Source: Epithemia pelagica (lineage: Eukaryota > Protista > Bacillariophyta). Taken from it: 64,000 nucleotides of DNA. Below the pieces are notes generated by a model. It was not told where the DNA came from. It ran no database searches and worked only from the letters and a program-made list of their open reading frames with translations. Numbering within the stretch: the stretch's first letter is position 1; every line of letters begins with the position of its first letter. Below, piece by piece: positions 1-10,607 of the stretch. Location: NCBI GenBank assembly GCA_946965045.2, contig OX337236.1, positions 2,790,001 to 2,854,000 of the forward strand, written 5' to 3'. A program made the translations under genes and the position numbers.

Positions 1-788
1 GTGTTACTTGATCAAAGCGATGAGATTGAATAAAAGGATCAAAATCAAGCCACTTTGGAATCAAGCAGCAAATCATAATTTGTTGTCATAATTTGAGCAA
101 TACTTGAGTTGTCACACATATGTATTGTAGTTTAGGAAGCACATGTATGTTGCATAGTCTCTGCAGTTAGAAATCCAGTTTGCAGTTTGAAATGATACAA
201 GCCTTGTGCCAATGTGCAGAGCAACAACTTGGCAGGAATAACTTCAATCCTTTGATGAGTTTTTCTGATTTTTCTTCCTGTGCTTTTCCAAACAAGTCTT
301 TTTCAAGTGCTGATCCTATTCTATGGAGTGATGAAACATTATGCATAATCATACGGTTGTAAGACTACGAGAATATCTCAAGGGCCGGTACCATGTTTGA
401 AGTTAAAATGATGAGACACAAGAAAGGAAAGCAATGAATGATAGTGCCAAAATGATGAGACAGAAGAAAACAATGCAATGAATGAAAGAAAGAATAGATA
501 TTTATTTTAACTGTCTCTACTTATCCACATCACGCATAGTTTGCACTATCCGTGACTTCGCGGGGACTGAGGACTCGCTCAGACGGGAGTCTGATTGGGG
601 TATCAATTGGGATGGGGTTAGGAATCGTGTCTTCTGAATGTTGAATATTTGTGGCATAATTTTGAGAAAGGATTTTTGGCGACATGGGAGAGGGTCGTGA
701 AGAGGGGGTTGGAATGGCGAGGTTTGAAGAGTGCGGAGCGGATGTCGGGGACGGAGTAACGAGGTTAGTACGGAGGAAAGTACGGTTG

Positions 789-889
789 TTTGGCAGATTT
801 ATTTACAAACGTAATGGGGAGAATCAAACGGGATACTTTGATGGACAGATTTATGTATTAGAAAATAATAACTGGGCAGCATGATCAGG
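789..889 (+). repeat. Extra copy of the pol 3' tail (LADLFT...DRFMY*) directly upstream of the 5' LTR
   Basis: 101 bp matching 6617-6717 with 2 mismatches, including the RNase H stop codon (859-861 vs 6687-6689). Confidence 0.9.
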
Positions 890-1254
890 TGTGAGTTTTC
901 ACCGGTATGGTTTCTCTCATGGCCATTGTAACAAGGAACAATTACCTGTGAGTGGTTGAGTCAAATTGATACACAGATATGGATCAATGTGAGGGGACCA
1001 AGCAAGATATCATGTATTGAGGGTTTGCAGACTAAGGACAGACCATGGAGGTCTCAAACAAGGAAGGTTAGACATAACCTGATCACCTCAAGATGACCAC
1101 ATGCGTACTTGCAAACCACCTCACCGGGAATGTTTTAGCTGCCAAAATAGTAAGCAGAATTAGTAGATCACAAGTTAAGTCAGCGTAGAAACACTGGGAA
1201 ATTTCTACACCATCCACTAGCGTTGCAATAGGAATTGCATTAGAATTAATTGTG
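890..1254 (+). repeat. 5' LTR
   Basis: Starts TGTGAG. Matches 6718-7082 with 3 mismatches counted by eye. Confidence 0.85.
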
Positions 1255-1266
1255 TTTATCAGACCC
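1255..1266 (+). promoter_or_regulatory. Primer-binding-site-like motif
   Basis: TTTATCAGACCC directly after the point where the two LTR copies diverge. It resembles the tRNA-iMet PBS TGGTATCAGAGC. Confidence 0.45.
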
Positions 1267-1350
1267 AGTGTCTGCAAAGTGAGTAACACGAGTGTATTGA
1301 GTGGGGAGCACTAGGATTGATCATCTAGAAGCTCCAAGTCTAAGGTTAGC

Positions 1351-2830
1351 ATGGCAAGTTTATCCAATGTTCAGATCATGAACATGATTGGAGTTGGACC
1401 TGCAGCCAACAGGAATGCCATCATTGCGGACCTCTTGTCTGAGGGTCTGGATGGACTGAAGCACATGATGGACGAGGAAGTTCGAGACACATGTGCATCA
1501 TATGCTAAGAGGACGGATAATCCGTTCCCAGTCATCCTAACACCCATGCAGAAGCCGCGTATCAAATCTCTAGTTTTATGGGTTAAGGATCAAGAGAGGG
1601 TCGTACAAGCACTGGCTTTTCCGGGTACTACCATGCAGGCGCAGTTCAGAACTGCACTTGCGGAGGCGCTGGGGAGAGAGAGGAGGCGCAAGGACCAGAA
1701 AAAGGAGGGAGAGTTGTATCTTGACTCATCTTTCAATACAAAGCTCAAGTCTGCGTTACAGTGGGAAAAGTGGGCGGAGGAACGGAACACAAACCTGTGC
1801 CAGATCATAGGAGTCAGAGGAGTTCCCCTTACTTATGTAATTTGCGAGGAGGACATGCCAGTATTTGACGCAAGCCTGCCATACGACAAGGCGGTTATTA
1901 ATGCAATGACTCTCACTGGCCAGGAGTTTCAACAAGATGCAAGGACCGTCCACAAGATTATCATGAAGAATGTCCACGAGGACTCGGATGCTTATACTTA
2001 CATCAAAACACTTATTTGTCATAGGAACGGTAGGAGAGACATTAAGGCGTTAAGGGAGAGGTATAGCAGTGACGCAATGAAACAAGCGATCATCAACAAA
2101 GCCAAAAATGATCTCCAGAACCTTATCTACAAGAATGAGCGGAGTTTCTCATTCGAGAAGTTCAGCTCCAAACTACAGAAAGCCTACAACGAGCTTGAAG
2201 ATAATGGCAGGGCAGTCAACAATATGGACATTGTTGACGGCTTATGGAAGCAAATCCAAGCGACCGACATTCAACTATATGTTGCATCCCTCAAGGTGGA
2301 GTACCAACGTAACCCAAGGAGCTATAAGCTCATCCTTCAAGATATCGCCGCAGAAGTCGGTAATATCACCCCATCCGGCAATAGTTTTGGCGGCAGTCAC
2401 GGAATTGCGGCAACATACACCAAGCAAAGACCATGCCCTAGCAAAGGCGTGCACACAACAGACGGATCAGTCTTTATTGGTAGGTACAGCAAGGACCAGT
2501 GGTTGAGCGACGAGGTCAAGCCACATCATGATGAAATTTGTGACGCTAGAACCAAACAGTCCACCAACTGTATCCCGTAATCAAAAACGCCGTATCAACG
2601 CGGTGAAACGCGTCAAGAATAAACTCAAAAGGCTGAAGGCAGAGGGCGCAGCCATCCAACAGCACAAGGCAAATGGCGGAAACAATAAATGTGAACAAAA
2701 GGACGACCAGAATGGTGGGGAACAAGATCGTTTTGAGAACGCCAGAGACGCTTTTGGGGTAAACGCACCAAGGGCAAAGATCGCGCCTGACTCATTAGGT
2801 GCATCGTTGATACTCTACAGAACTGGATAA
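1351..2830 (+). pseudogene. gag: Copia gag, frameshifted near 2550-2580
   Basis: 409-aa ORF 1351-2580 with UBN2/gag-like features (GVRGVPLTYV, FSFEKFSSKLQKAY...L). It continues in another frame (RNQKRRINAVKR...NARDAFG) to 2830. Confidence 0.85.
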
Positions 2831-2856
2831 GCGGTTTATTAACATGGTTATTTACG

Positions 2857-5800
2857 ATGTACGTGAGAGGAAAAGGTAATAATGATCATAGGTGTATGAT
2901 ATCGCGTGTAAAGATTGCTTGTTATAAACCTTGGAACGTCTCACGAGCGTTTATTTTGAGTCACAAGCAAGGGATATTCAACAGTCGGGTTGAGTTAGAC
3001 ACTCATGCTGATACGTTTGTTGCAGGATGCAACTGTTTACTGATGCACTACTCTGAACAAGTATGTGACGTCATGCCATACTTGGACGAGTATGAGGCAA
3101 AGGAAAGTGTGCCAATTGTTCAAATTGCTACAGGATATACTGCTGCCAACAGTCAAAGAACAATACTGATAATGAACAAAGCTTTATGGATTCCGGAATT
3201 AGAACATTCCTTAATGAACCCTAATCAGCTTTGCCACTTTGGTGTAACGGTGCAAGACAATCCATATAGTAATAGCCCTATGGTAATACAAAAGGATACT
3301 AATAATGAAGAATTTGTTGCGTGCCTCAAGTCTACAGGTACCAACATATACATTGATACGTGGACACCTATGGATCGTGATCTACAAGAATATCCTCATG
3401 TTGTTTTAACCTCGGATCAACTCTGGTATCCTCAGGTAATCCAGTTTCCGGGCACCAGTTATACTGAGATACAAGAACTGGAAGGACGCAACATCTCTGT
3501 GGTCGAACATGATCTGAGGAGGGAGGTAGTGGACACGAAATTTGGTGACGCCTATCATGTACCAATTAAAATCTTTGATATCCAGGTATTCAACGCAAGG
3601 ATCATCTCATCATTGGTGATTGATACAAGTATTTCTGAAGGGCCGTTAGCTGAAGACCAAATCATGCCAACGATTGTCAGTAAGACACACCAACAAAACA
3701 CCAGAAGATCTGAGCGAGATCTGGAACATAAGTATTGAGCAAACAAGGATGAGGATGCAACGACTCAAAACCATGTGAGATCTGCAATCATGCCGTTATC
3801 AAGGAGATACCGCACGGACAGAATGTTTGAGCCAAAAAGATTGTTAGGAACCATGGAATCAGACACGATGGACCCAAAATGACAGTCAATTCATGGGGAC
3901 TATCGATACACACAAGTGTATGGCAACAAACAGATGTTTTGTGAGGCTTACCCAATTTAAAGTAAAACAGAACATGATGTGGGGGCATCATTAAAGAGAT
4001 TTATTGTGGAATATGGCGCACCGGAAGAGATGGCAACGGACGGCTCAAAGGAGCAAACAGGAAAAAATGCACAGTTTCAGGCGATACTGCGGCAGAATAA
4101 GATTAGGGCCACGGTCACAAATACTTATACGCCCAAACAAAACCCAGCGGAGACCGTGATTTGGGAATTAAGGAAAAGGTGGTACAGGGCGGTCTTTAAG
4201 ACTAACTGCCCAAAATGTCTATGGAATTATGGACTACTGCATTTCGCCAAACATATGCAATTAACCGCATCCAATGCGGCTAACTTGCAGGGGCGAACCC
4301 CCTTGGGTGCCCTTACGGGTGAAACGCCGGATATCTCACAATATCTCTACTTTGGATGGTATGACTGGGTCTGGTACCGGACAAACGCAGGTTTGGACGT
4401 CCCAAAGTTAGGGAGATTCTTGGGAGTAGCCAACTCCGCGAGTAATATACTTACTTTTCATATATTACCAGATTCCGGGCTACCAATTCAAGCTGGTACG
4501 GTCCAGAGAGTCACCAAACCAGAGAAACAAACAGATGCAGTCAGAGAACACATTAAGATATTTAGTAATAAAATTGCCAATAAGTTTAAGGAGGGCAGAC
4601 TACTCTTACTTGAACCCAATCAAAAGCCTAATCTTGATGATTGGTCGGATCTTTTGGAAACAGATCCAGAAAGAATTCAATCGCCTATATGACAATAAGG
4701 CAGTCCCAGAAGCTGATGATACGTTTGATCCAGATGCTTTCGACTCGTTTATTGGAATGGAATTATCCGTGGACCGCGGTGATGTCCATCCCATGTACGC
4801 AAAGGTAACCAAGAGGCTCAAGGATCATCGTGGAAATCCTATTGGAACGTCTCATGACAAGATCATGTTAGATACCAGGATGTACAAAGTAGAGTTCATC
4901 AACGGAACCAAACAGGCAATGACAGCCAATCTCATTGCAGAAAATATGTTTGCTACGGTCGATGAGGAGGGCCATCGACATCTTTTACTGGACAGTATCA
5001 TTGATTTCCGCAAGAAAGACGACGCCATCAAACAAGAAGACGCTTTCATCGTTGGAAACAGTGGTACAAGACGACGCAGGGAAACCACCAAGGGTTGGGA
5101 AATCCTCGCGCAATGGAAGGACGGTACCACCACCTGGCATAAGATGAAGGATATAAAGGATTCTTATCCTGTACAATTGGCCAAATTTGCAATTCAGAAT
5201 AAATTGCAAGATGAACCAGCGTTTGCTTGGTGGGTCAAATATACAGTTAAGAAAAAGAATAGAATAATTGCTAAGATTAAATCAAAATATTGGGAGAAAA
5301 CTCATCAATACGGCATCCGAATCCCAAAGACAGTAAAGGAAGCTCTGGAAATTGATGCTGAGAATGAGGCCGCTGGAATTGAGGTACCCAAATGGTGGGA
5401 AGCGATTATGAAAGAGATGAAGAATGTGAGGATTGTATTTGAGGAATACAAAGGCGATGTGAAAGATCTGGTTAGTTACCAGAAAGTAAGATGCCACATC
5501 ATATTAGATGTAAAGCTAGGCGAAAACTTCAGAAGGAAAGCGCGGCTTGTGGCAGGGGGACATACAACCAACCCACCGGCGTCAACCACATACTCATCGG
5601 TCGTATCAAGGGACTCTGTTTGGATTGCCCTAACTGTTGTGGCTCTGAACAACCTTGATATACTCGGATGTGACATTCAGAACGCGTATATAAGTGCACA
5701 ATGTAGGGAGAAGATATACTGTATTGCGGGACAGGAGTTTGGCTCGGATACTGGAATGGTAATGATTATGAAAAGGGCTTTATATGGGCTTAAGTCGAGC

Positions 5801-6689
5801 GGAGCTGCGTTCAGAGCAAAGCTTGCGGATTGCATATGGGACATGGGGTACAGACCTTCAAAGGCCAACCCCGACGTATGGTTGAAACCAGCTACAAAAT
5901 CGGACGGTCATAAATATTATGAAATGATGTTATGCTATGTCGATGATGTCATTAGCATCAGTGAGAAGCCGATGCAAGCAATAGAAGGGATACAGAGTGT
6001 GTTTAAGTTAAAAGGCAACAAGGCTGAGATCCCTGATATGTATCTTGGAGCTACAATAGGCATTCCATATATTTGGATATCTGAAGAACTCTCTGAGGCG
6101 GAGATTATACTATGACCCAGATTACCCAAGCATTTCCGAAGAGAGGTTCACAAAACATGACTGGGAGGAGTTTTATACGCTCCAGAGCCCAGAGGACAAG
6201 AGGTTGGGATACACTGTTTTGTGGATGCCAGACACGCGCCAGATAAGGCAACTCGACGATCCCAGACCGGGATATTGATCTTCGTTAACAAAGCGCTGAT
6301 TTTAACGTATTCAAACCGGCAGAACTCGGTCAAAACTTCAACTTTTGGCTCAGAATTCACCGCAATGAAGCAAGCGGTGGAAATTGTGAAAGGTTTGAAA
6401 TATAAGTTAGGAATGTTTGGAGTCCCACGTGCTGGGATTGAGTACAATGGAAAACTCCAACAACCTGCAAATATTTACTGTGATAACAAGGCGGTATACA
6501 AAAATGTATCAATACCAACTTCCGTTTTGAATAAGAAGATGCATGGTATACCATTTTTGCAGAGAGGCGGTTGCCTCAGGTACTTGCAGGATAGCAAAGG
6601 AGGATACTCTGACCAATTTGGCAGATTTATTTACAAAAGTAATGGGGAGAATCAAACGGGATACTTTGATGGACAGATTTATGTATTAG
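2857..6689 (+). pseudogene. pol: Copia pol (PR-IN-RT-RNase H) broken by stops, frameshifts and an internal RT deletion
   Basis: ORF pieces 2857-3738 (PR), about 3760-4692 (IN, in-frame TGA at 3880-3882), 4535-6058 (RT) and about 6060-6689 (RNase H, ending NLADLFTKVMGRIKRDTLMDRFMY*). Confidence 0.92.
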
Positions 6690-6717
6690 GAAATAATAAC
6701 TGGGCAGCATGATCAGG

Positions 6718-7082
6718 TGTGAGTTTTCACTGGTATGGTTTCTCTCATGGCCATTGTAACAAGGAACAATTACCTGTGAGTGGTTGAGTCAAATTGATAC
6801 ACAGATATGGATCAATGTGAGGGGACCAAGCAAGATATCATGTATTGAGGGTTTGCAGACTAAGGACAGACCATGGAGGTCTCAAACAAGGAAGGTTAGA
6901 CATAACCTGATCACCTCAAGATGACCACATGCGTACTTGCAAACCACCTCACCGGGAATGTTTTAGCTGCCAAAATAGTAAGCAGAATTAGTAGATCACA
7001 AGTTAAGTCAGCGTGGAAACACTGGGAAATTTCTACACCATCCACTAGCGTTGCATTAGGAATTGCATTAGAATTAATTGTG
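6718..7082 (+). repeat. 3' LTR
   Basis: Direct repeat of 890-1254, starting 28 bp after the RNase H stop. Confidence 0.85.
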
Positions 7083-7399
7083 AAAAAGGGTGAAATCAAT
7101 TGTTCCAAGTTGATAGACCATTCTGTCAAAAATTTTTTGACAAAATTTGTCCCTGTTTGTCAAGGGATAAAGGGTACAATTGGTGAGCTTGTTGTGGACA
7201 AAAATTACATCCCTGAACCATGTGAGTTTCCAATTGATACCCTTGTACTTACCATTAATCAAGATTTGAATGAAGATGATGAGAATGAGGTCAAGGTGGA
7301 GCTGGATGGTGAATAGAGACTTTTATGGGGTGAGAGAACCCAACTTTAGTCAGCTGTATCTTTTGATGTACCAGTTGGAACAAAGCAATCAAACAACCG

Positions 7400-7921
7400 T
7401 TGGAAAGCTGAGAACGAGTACTATTGGTTTGTCTGTTAGTAGAAAAAGAGTAATAAAAGTTGAAGTAGAATTTTACAAAAATATGTATAAAGGGCGCATT
7501 CTACTGTCATAGCTTCCATAACTGTTCTAAAAACTCCACCATGTCGTTTCCTAGTCTATCCTTGTCTTTCTGTAGGTTAAACAAGATAGTTCTGTCTCTT
7601 TCTTTCCAGGTTTAATTTGACAGCTTGTGAGCACTGCCCTAAGATGAGGGCAAACATCTTTTTGCTATTTGCTTCTCTCTTCAACTTCCTCTCATGGTAT
7701 TCCCAGAATTGTAACTTCCACTCTTCTTGTTCTTGGAATTTTGGAGCATCAGCCTTGGCTGATGCAAAATGTGGTGAGGTGAGTGGGTTGAAGCAAAGGC
7801 TTTGGAGAGCTTGCCTAAATTTAGCAATTTCCCTGGTTGTTGTTGTATACTTTTTGTTTGCCTTGAAGCTACTCACATCATAGATGTGTTCCTTGATTGC
7901 CTCTTCCTTGCCCACAAACAT
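7400..7921 (-). pseudogene. Remnant gag of a second, different diatom LTR retrotransposon
   Basis: ORF 7577-7921 reads FVGKEEAIKEHIYD...TTREIAK...KMFALILGQCSQAVK, resembling diatom retroelement gag N-termini. It degenerates downstream. Confidence 0.6.
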
Positions 7922-8352
7922 CTTGGTTTTTTGTTGCCTTGCTTTCTCTTTCCGTTGTTGCCGAGCAAACCTTTTTGTGGTCGCGCTTCTTAAACAGTCG
8001 CACTTTTGTCAGTCTCGCGAAACACACCCTAGCGAAAGTGGCATGAGAGTTAAGTTCCACCGATAGGGATGAATTCCACTACAAGAAGGGGATAAAGATA
8101 CTACCCCGCTGCTAATACATGTACGGTTGTGCATCGGGTTGTGGCAGTTGTAGCGGAACATTTTTTTGAATTGTGGGAGCAACGGACGGATGTAACTTGT
8201 AATAACGGCTCGAAGGCAATCCTGGCGAGAGCCCGCTCCTGCATCCTCACTTTTTTGTTTTCTGTTTCGCAAACAAATACCGACATAGCGAATAGCGACA
8301 TACGAGAGAAACAGCAAACAATACGAACCCAAAGAGGAGCTTCCTTGTCACA

Positions 8353-10104
8353 ATGGTATTGAGACACAGTGTCCGATCCAGCGTGCTTCTTCCAATGGGA
8401 CTCTGTGTCATTTTCAGTGTCCTTTCGATTCGCAGGTCCCGCCATGACGAAATGACCCCATTCATCACTCCTCGACACGACTTGTCGTCGTCGGTATCGT
8501 CCATCGACGACCTCTCTTGGATTGCACCAAAAGAGAAGAACGAGAATATGGAAATTAACAATCAACAGCCAGAGAAATTTCGAGAGGTACCAATCGCAAA
8601 CGGAATTTCGCTCAACAAGACTTCCGCTCAACAACACAGCATGGTGACGGCCCATAAAAGTGCGGTCCAACAACGACAAGACCAACTGAGTGGAACAACA
8701 ACAAATAACAAGACTTTACTCCCCTCCTTCCACGTTGACAATCAGTACGAGAAGAACGACACAACAAGGCCTGTTCCAATCACCAAGACTTGGGTCTTGC
8801 CATCTCAGTGTGAATCGTTGTGTTACATTACGGTCGATCCTCGTACTGGTCGGTTTCCCACTCGGGTTCACCCAAGGGGACCCTATTTGTTATCCAATAG
8901 TGCCTATGGAGAATTGGCCGACATAGATTACAACAATTGGCCAGTGACACAACCTTTGATGAATGTTAGCCAAGCATCCTTTTGGAATGAGTGTTTTCCA
9001 CCCATTGTCATTATCTACTTGTATACCATGCAAGATGTCAATCAATTTTGGCATCAAATGACCGTCTTGCCCGGACATTTGAAACGACCCTACATAATTC
9101 TCGCCACGGGATGGGTCATTGATTATTCACGCCCCTTTATGCAAAAGTTGTTGCGAGATCCCAATCTCATTCGCATTTATGCTTCCAGTGTCGAATTGAA
9201 TCGCCAGGATCCCTACCAAGTGGAAAAACTGTACACATTACCCCTTGGTTTGATTCGAGATCCAGACCTGGATCAAGGGAAAGCACTCGTGCGTGTCATG
9301 ACAAGCTTACGCCACAATACTTCCTCTCTTGTTTCCGCGACCACCACCACAAGAAGAACAACTCCTTCAGCTCTATTCCATGACACAACCGACGAATCGT
9401 ACCATTTCCTACAACAACAACAACAACAAGCAGGACCACAAAGATATACCAAATTGTTACTGGTCAATTTTTCTCCCTACTATTTCAAGGCCAAATTCCG
9501 AACCGAACCCTTTCAACATTGTTGCAATAGTACCGAAACGATGCGTCTCAATACAACCTGCACGGGCGGTGGTTTTTATCATTTTTCGCCACAACGTCAA
9601 ACGGATGGTTCTGTTCGTCGGAGATACACCCCTACGGAATGGCGACACGCCCGTCGATCCGTCTATCGTGACTAGGCGCAACACAAGTATACCGTGGCCC
9701 CTCGAGGCCAAAAAGTGGATTGTTATCGCTTTTGGGAAAGCTTGTATGTAGGATCGGTCCCCATTGTCTGGCGTGGACATCAGTATTATCGAGACTTGTT
9801 GGAGCGGTACTTTCATTTATCGGAACACGAGGTTCCCATTTTGTATGTCGACGATTGGCACAATATTACCAAGGACTATTTGGAACAAGAATGGCCACGG
9901 TTTGCACAAATCTTGGCCCAACCGGAATGGCAAACATGGCCCCCCAAATACTTGACCATGAACTATGTGGAGGAGGAAATTCGACAAGCTGTCCAACACG
10001 TGATGGAAACCCGAGGCGAAACCTTGTCGCCGGAAGGTACACAATACTACAATCCAGACGATCGGGATTGGTTCTGGAACAATCGACATCGGTGTCATGA
10101 ATAA
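8353..10104 (+). pseudogene. Exostosin/GT47-like type II membrane glycosyltransferase split by a nonsense codon
   Basis: N-terminal TM. In-frame TAG at 9673-9675 (VYRD*AQHKYTVAPRGQKVDCYRFWESLYVGSVPIV) where the paralogue at 56830-58563 has W. The C-terminal motif resembles the exostosin SPxGxGxDCxRxWE(A/S)LxxGxxP motif. Confidence 0.8.
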
Positions 10105-10607
10105 AGAAGACAAACAAACGAACGGAATCCACATGACGGAAAGGAATCCATTGTTTGGTGTGAACAACAAGGACGACCACTCGCGCCCACTTTCTGCACC
10201 CAGTCCCTTGTTGTAGTGTGGAATGGAAACGAGTGAGGTGGTCGTTGCACTGTACGTGTAGTTTCTACTTGTTTAGAGTTTTATCTTCCCCCGTAAAACT
10301 CCAGCAGTGTTAGAAATATACAATTGAGATGATATCGATTCAAGATTCTGTGCAAGGTTTCCGAAACGCATAGGACTCTTGCCAATCCTTGAGACGCATC
10401 TATGATCGCATATAACATATCATGGTTGGGTGATGCCTTGTACCTTGTAAATGTGTCCCCGGTTGAGCGTTTTCCAGTATGATATCGCGTTACGCAAACA
10501 AGGGCTTGAACTTAAAACTCTTGGAATGAAACGGGTCGCTCCCAAAACTGTGCTCACGCAGACCCCACAACAAATGACCGCATGGGGACAGGGCTCGCGC
10601 CTGTTGA

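Larger units (their letters stand above)
890..7082 (+). mobile_element. Ty1/copia LTR retrotransposon (diatom CoDi-like), decayed and non-autonomous
   Basis: 365-bp direct repeats at 890-1254 and 6718-7082 flank gag, protease (ELDTHADT), integrase (GAPEEMATDG...QNPAE), RT (KARLVAGGH, DIQNAY, ALYGLKSSG, YVDD) and RNase H (STFGSEF, IYCDN, ADLFTK) in copia order. Many stops and frameshifts. Confidence 0.95.

Noticed and set aside
1-420. Short ORFs in the AT-rich left end
   Set aside because: They are about 60 aa with no motifs; this is probably decayed repeat DNA that I cannot assign.
9673-9681. Programmed stop-codon readthrough or pyrrolysine
   Set aside because: The context TAG-GCG is not a known leaky context, and the paralogue has TGG, so a simple G-to-A change suffices.
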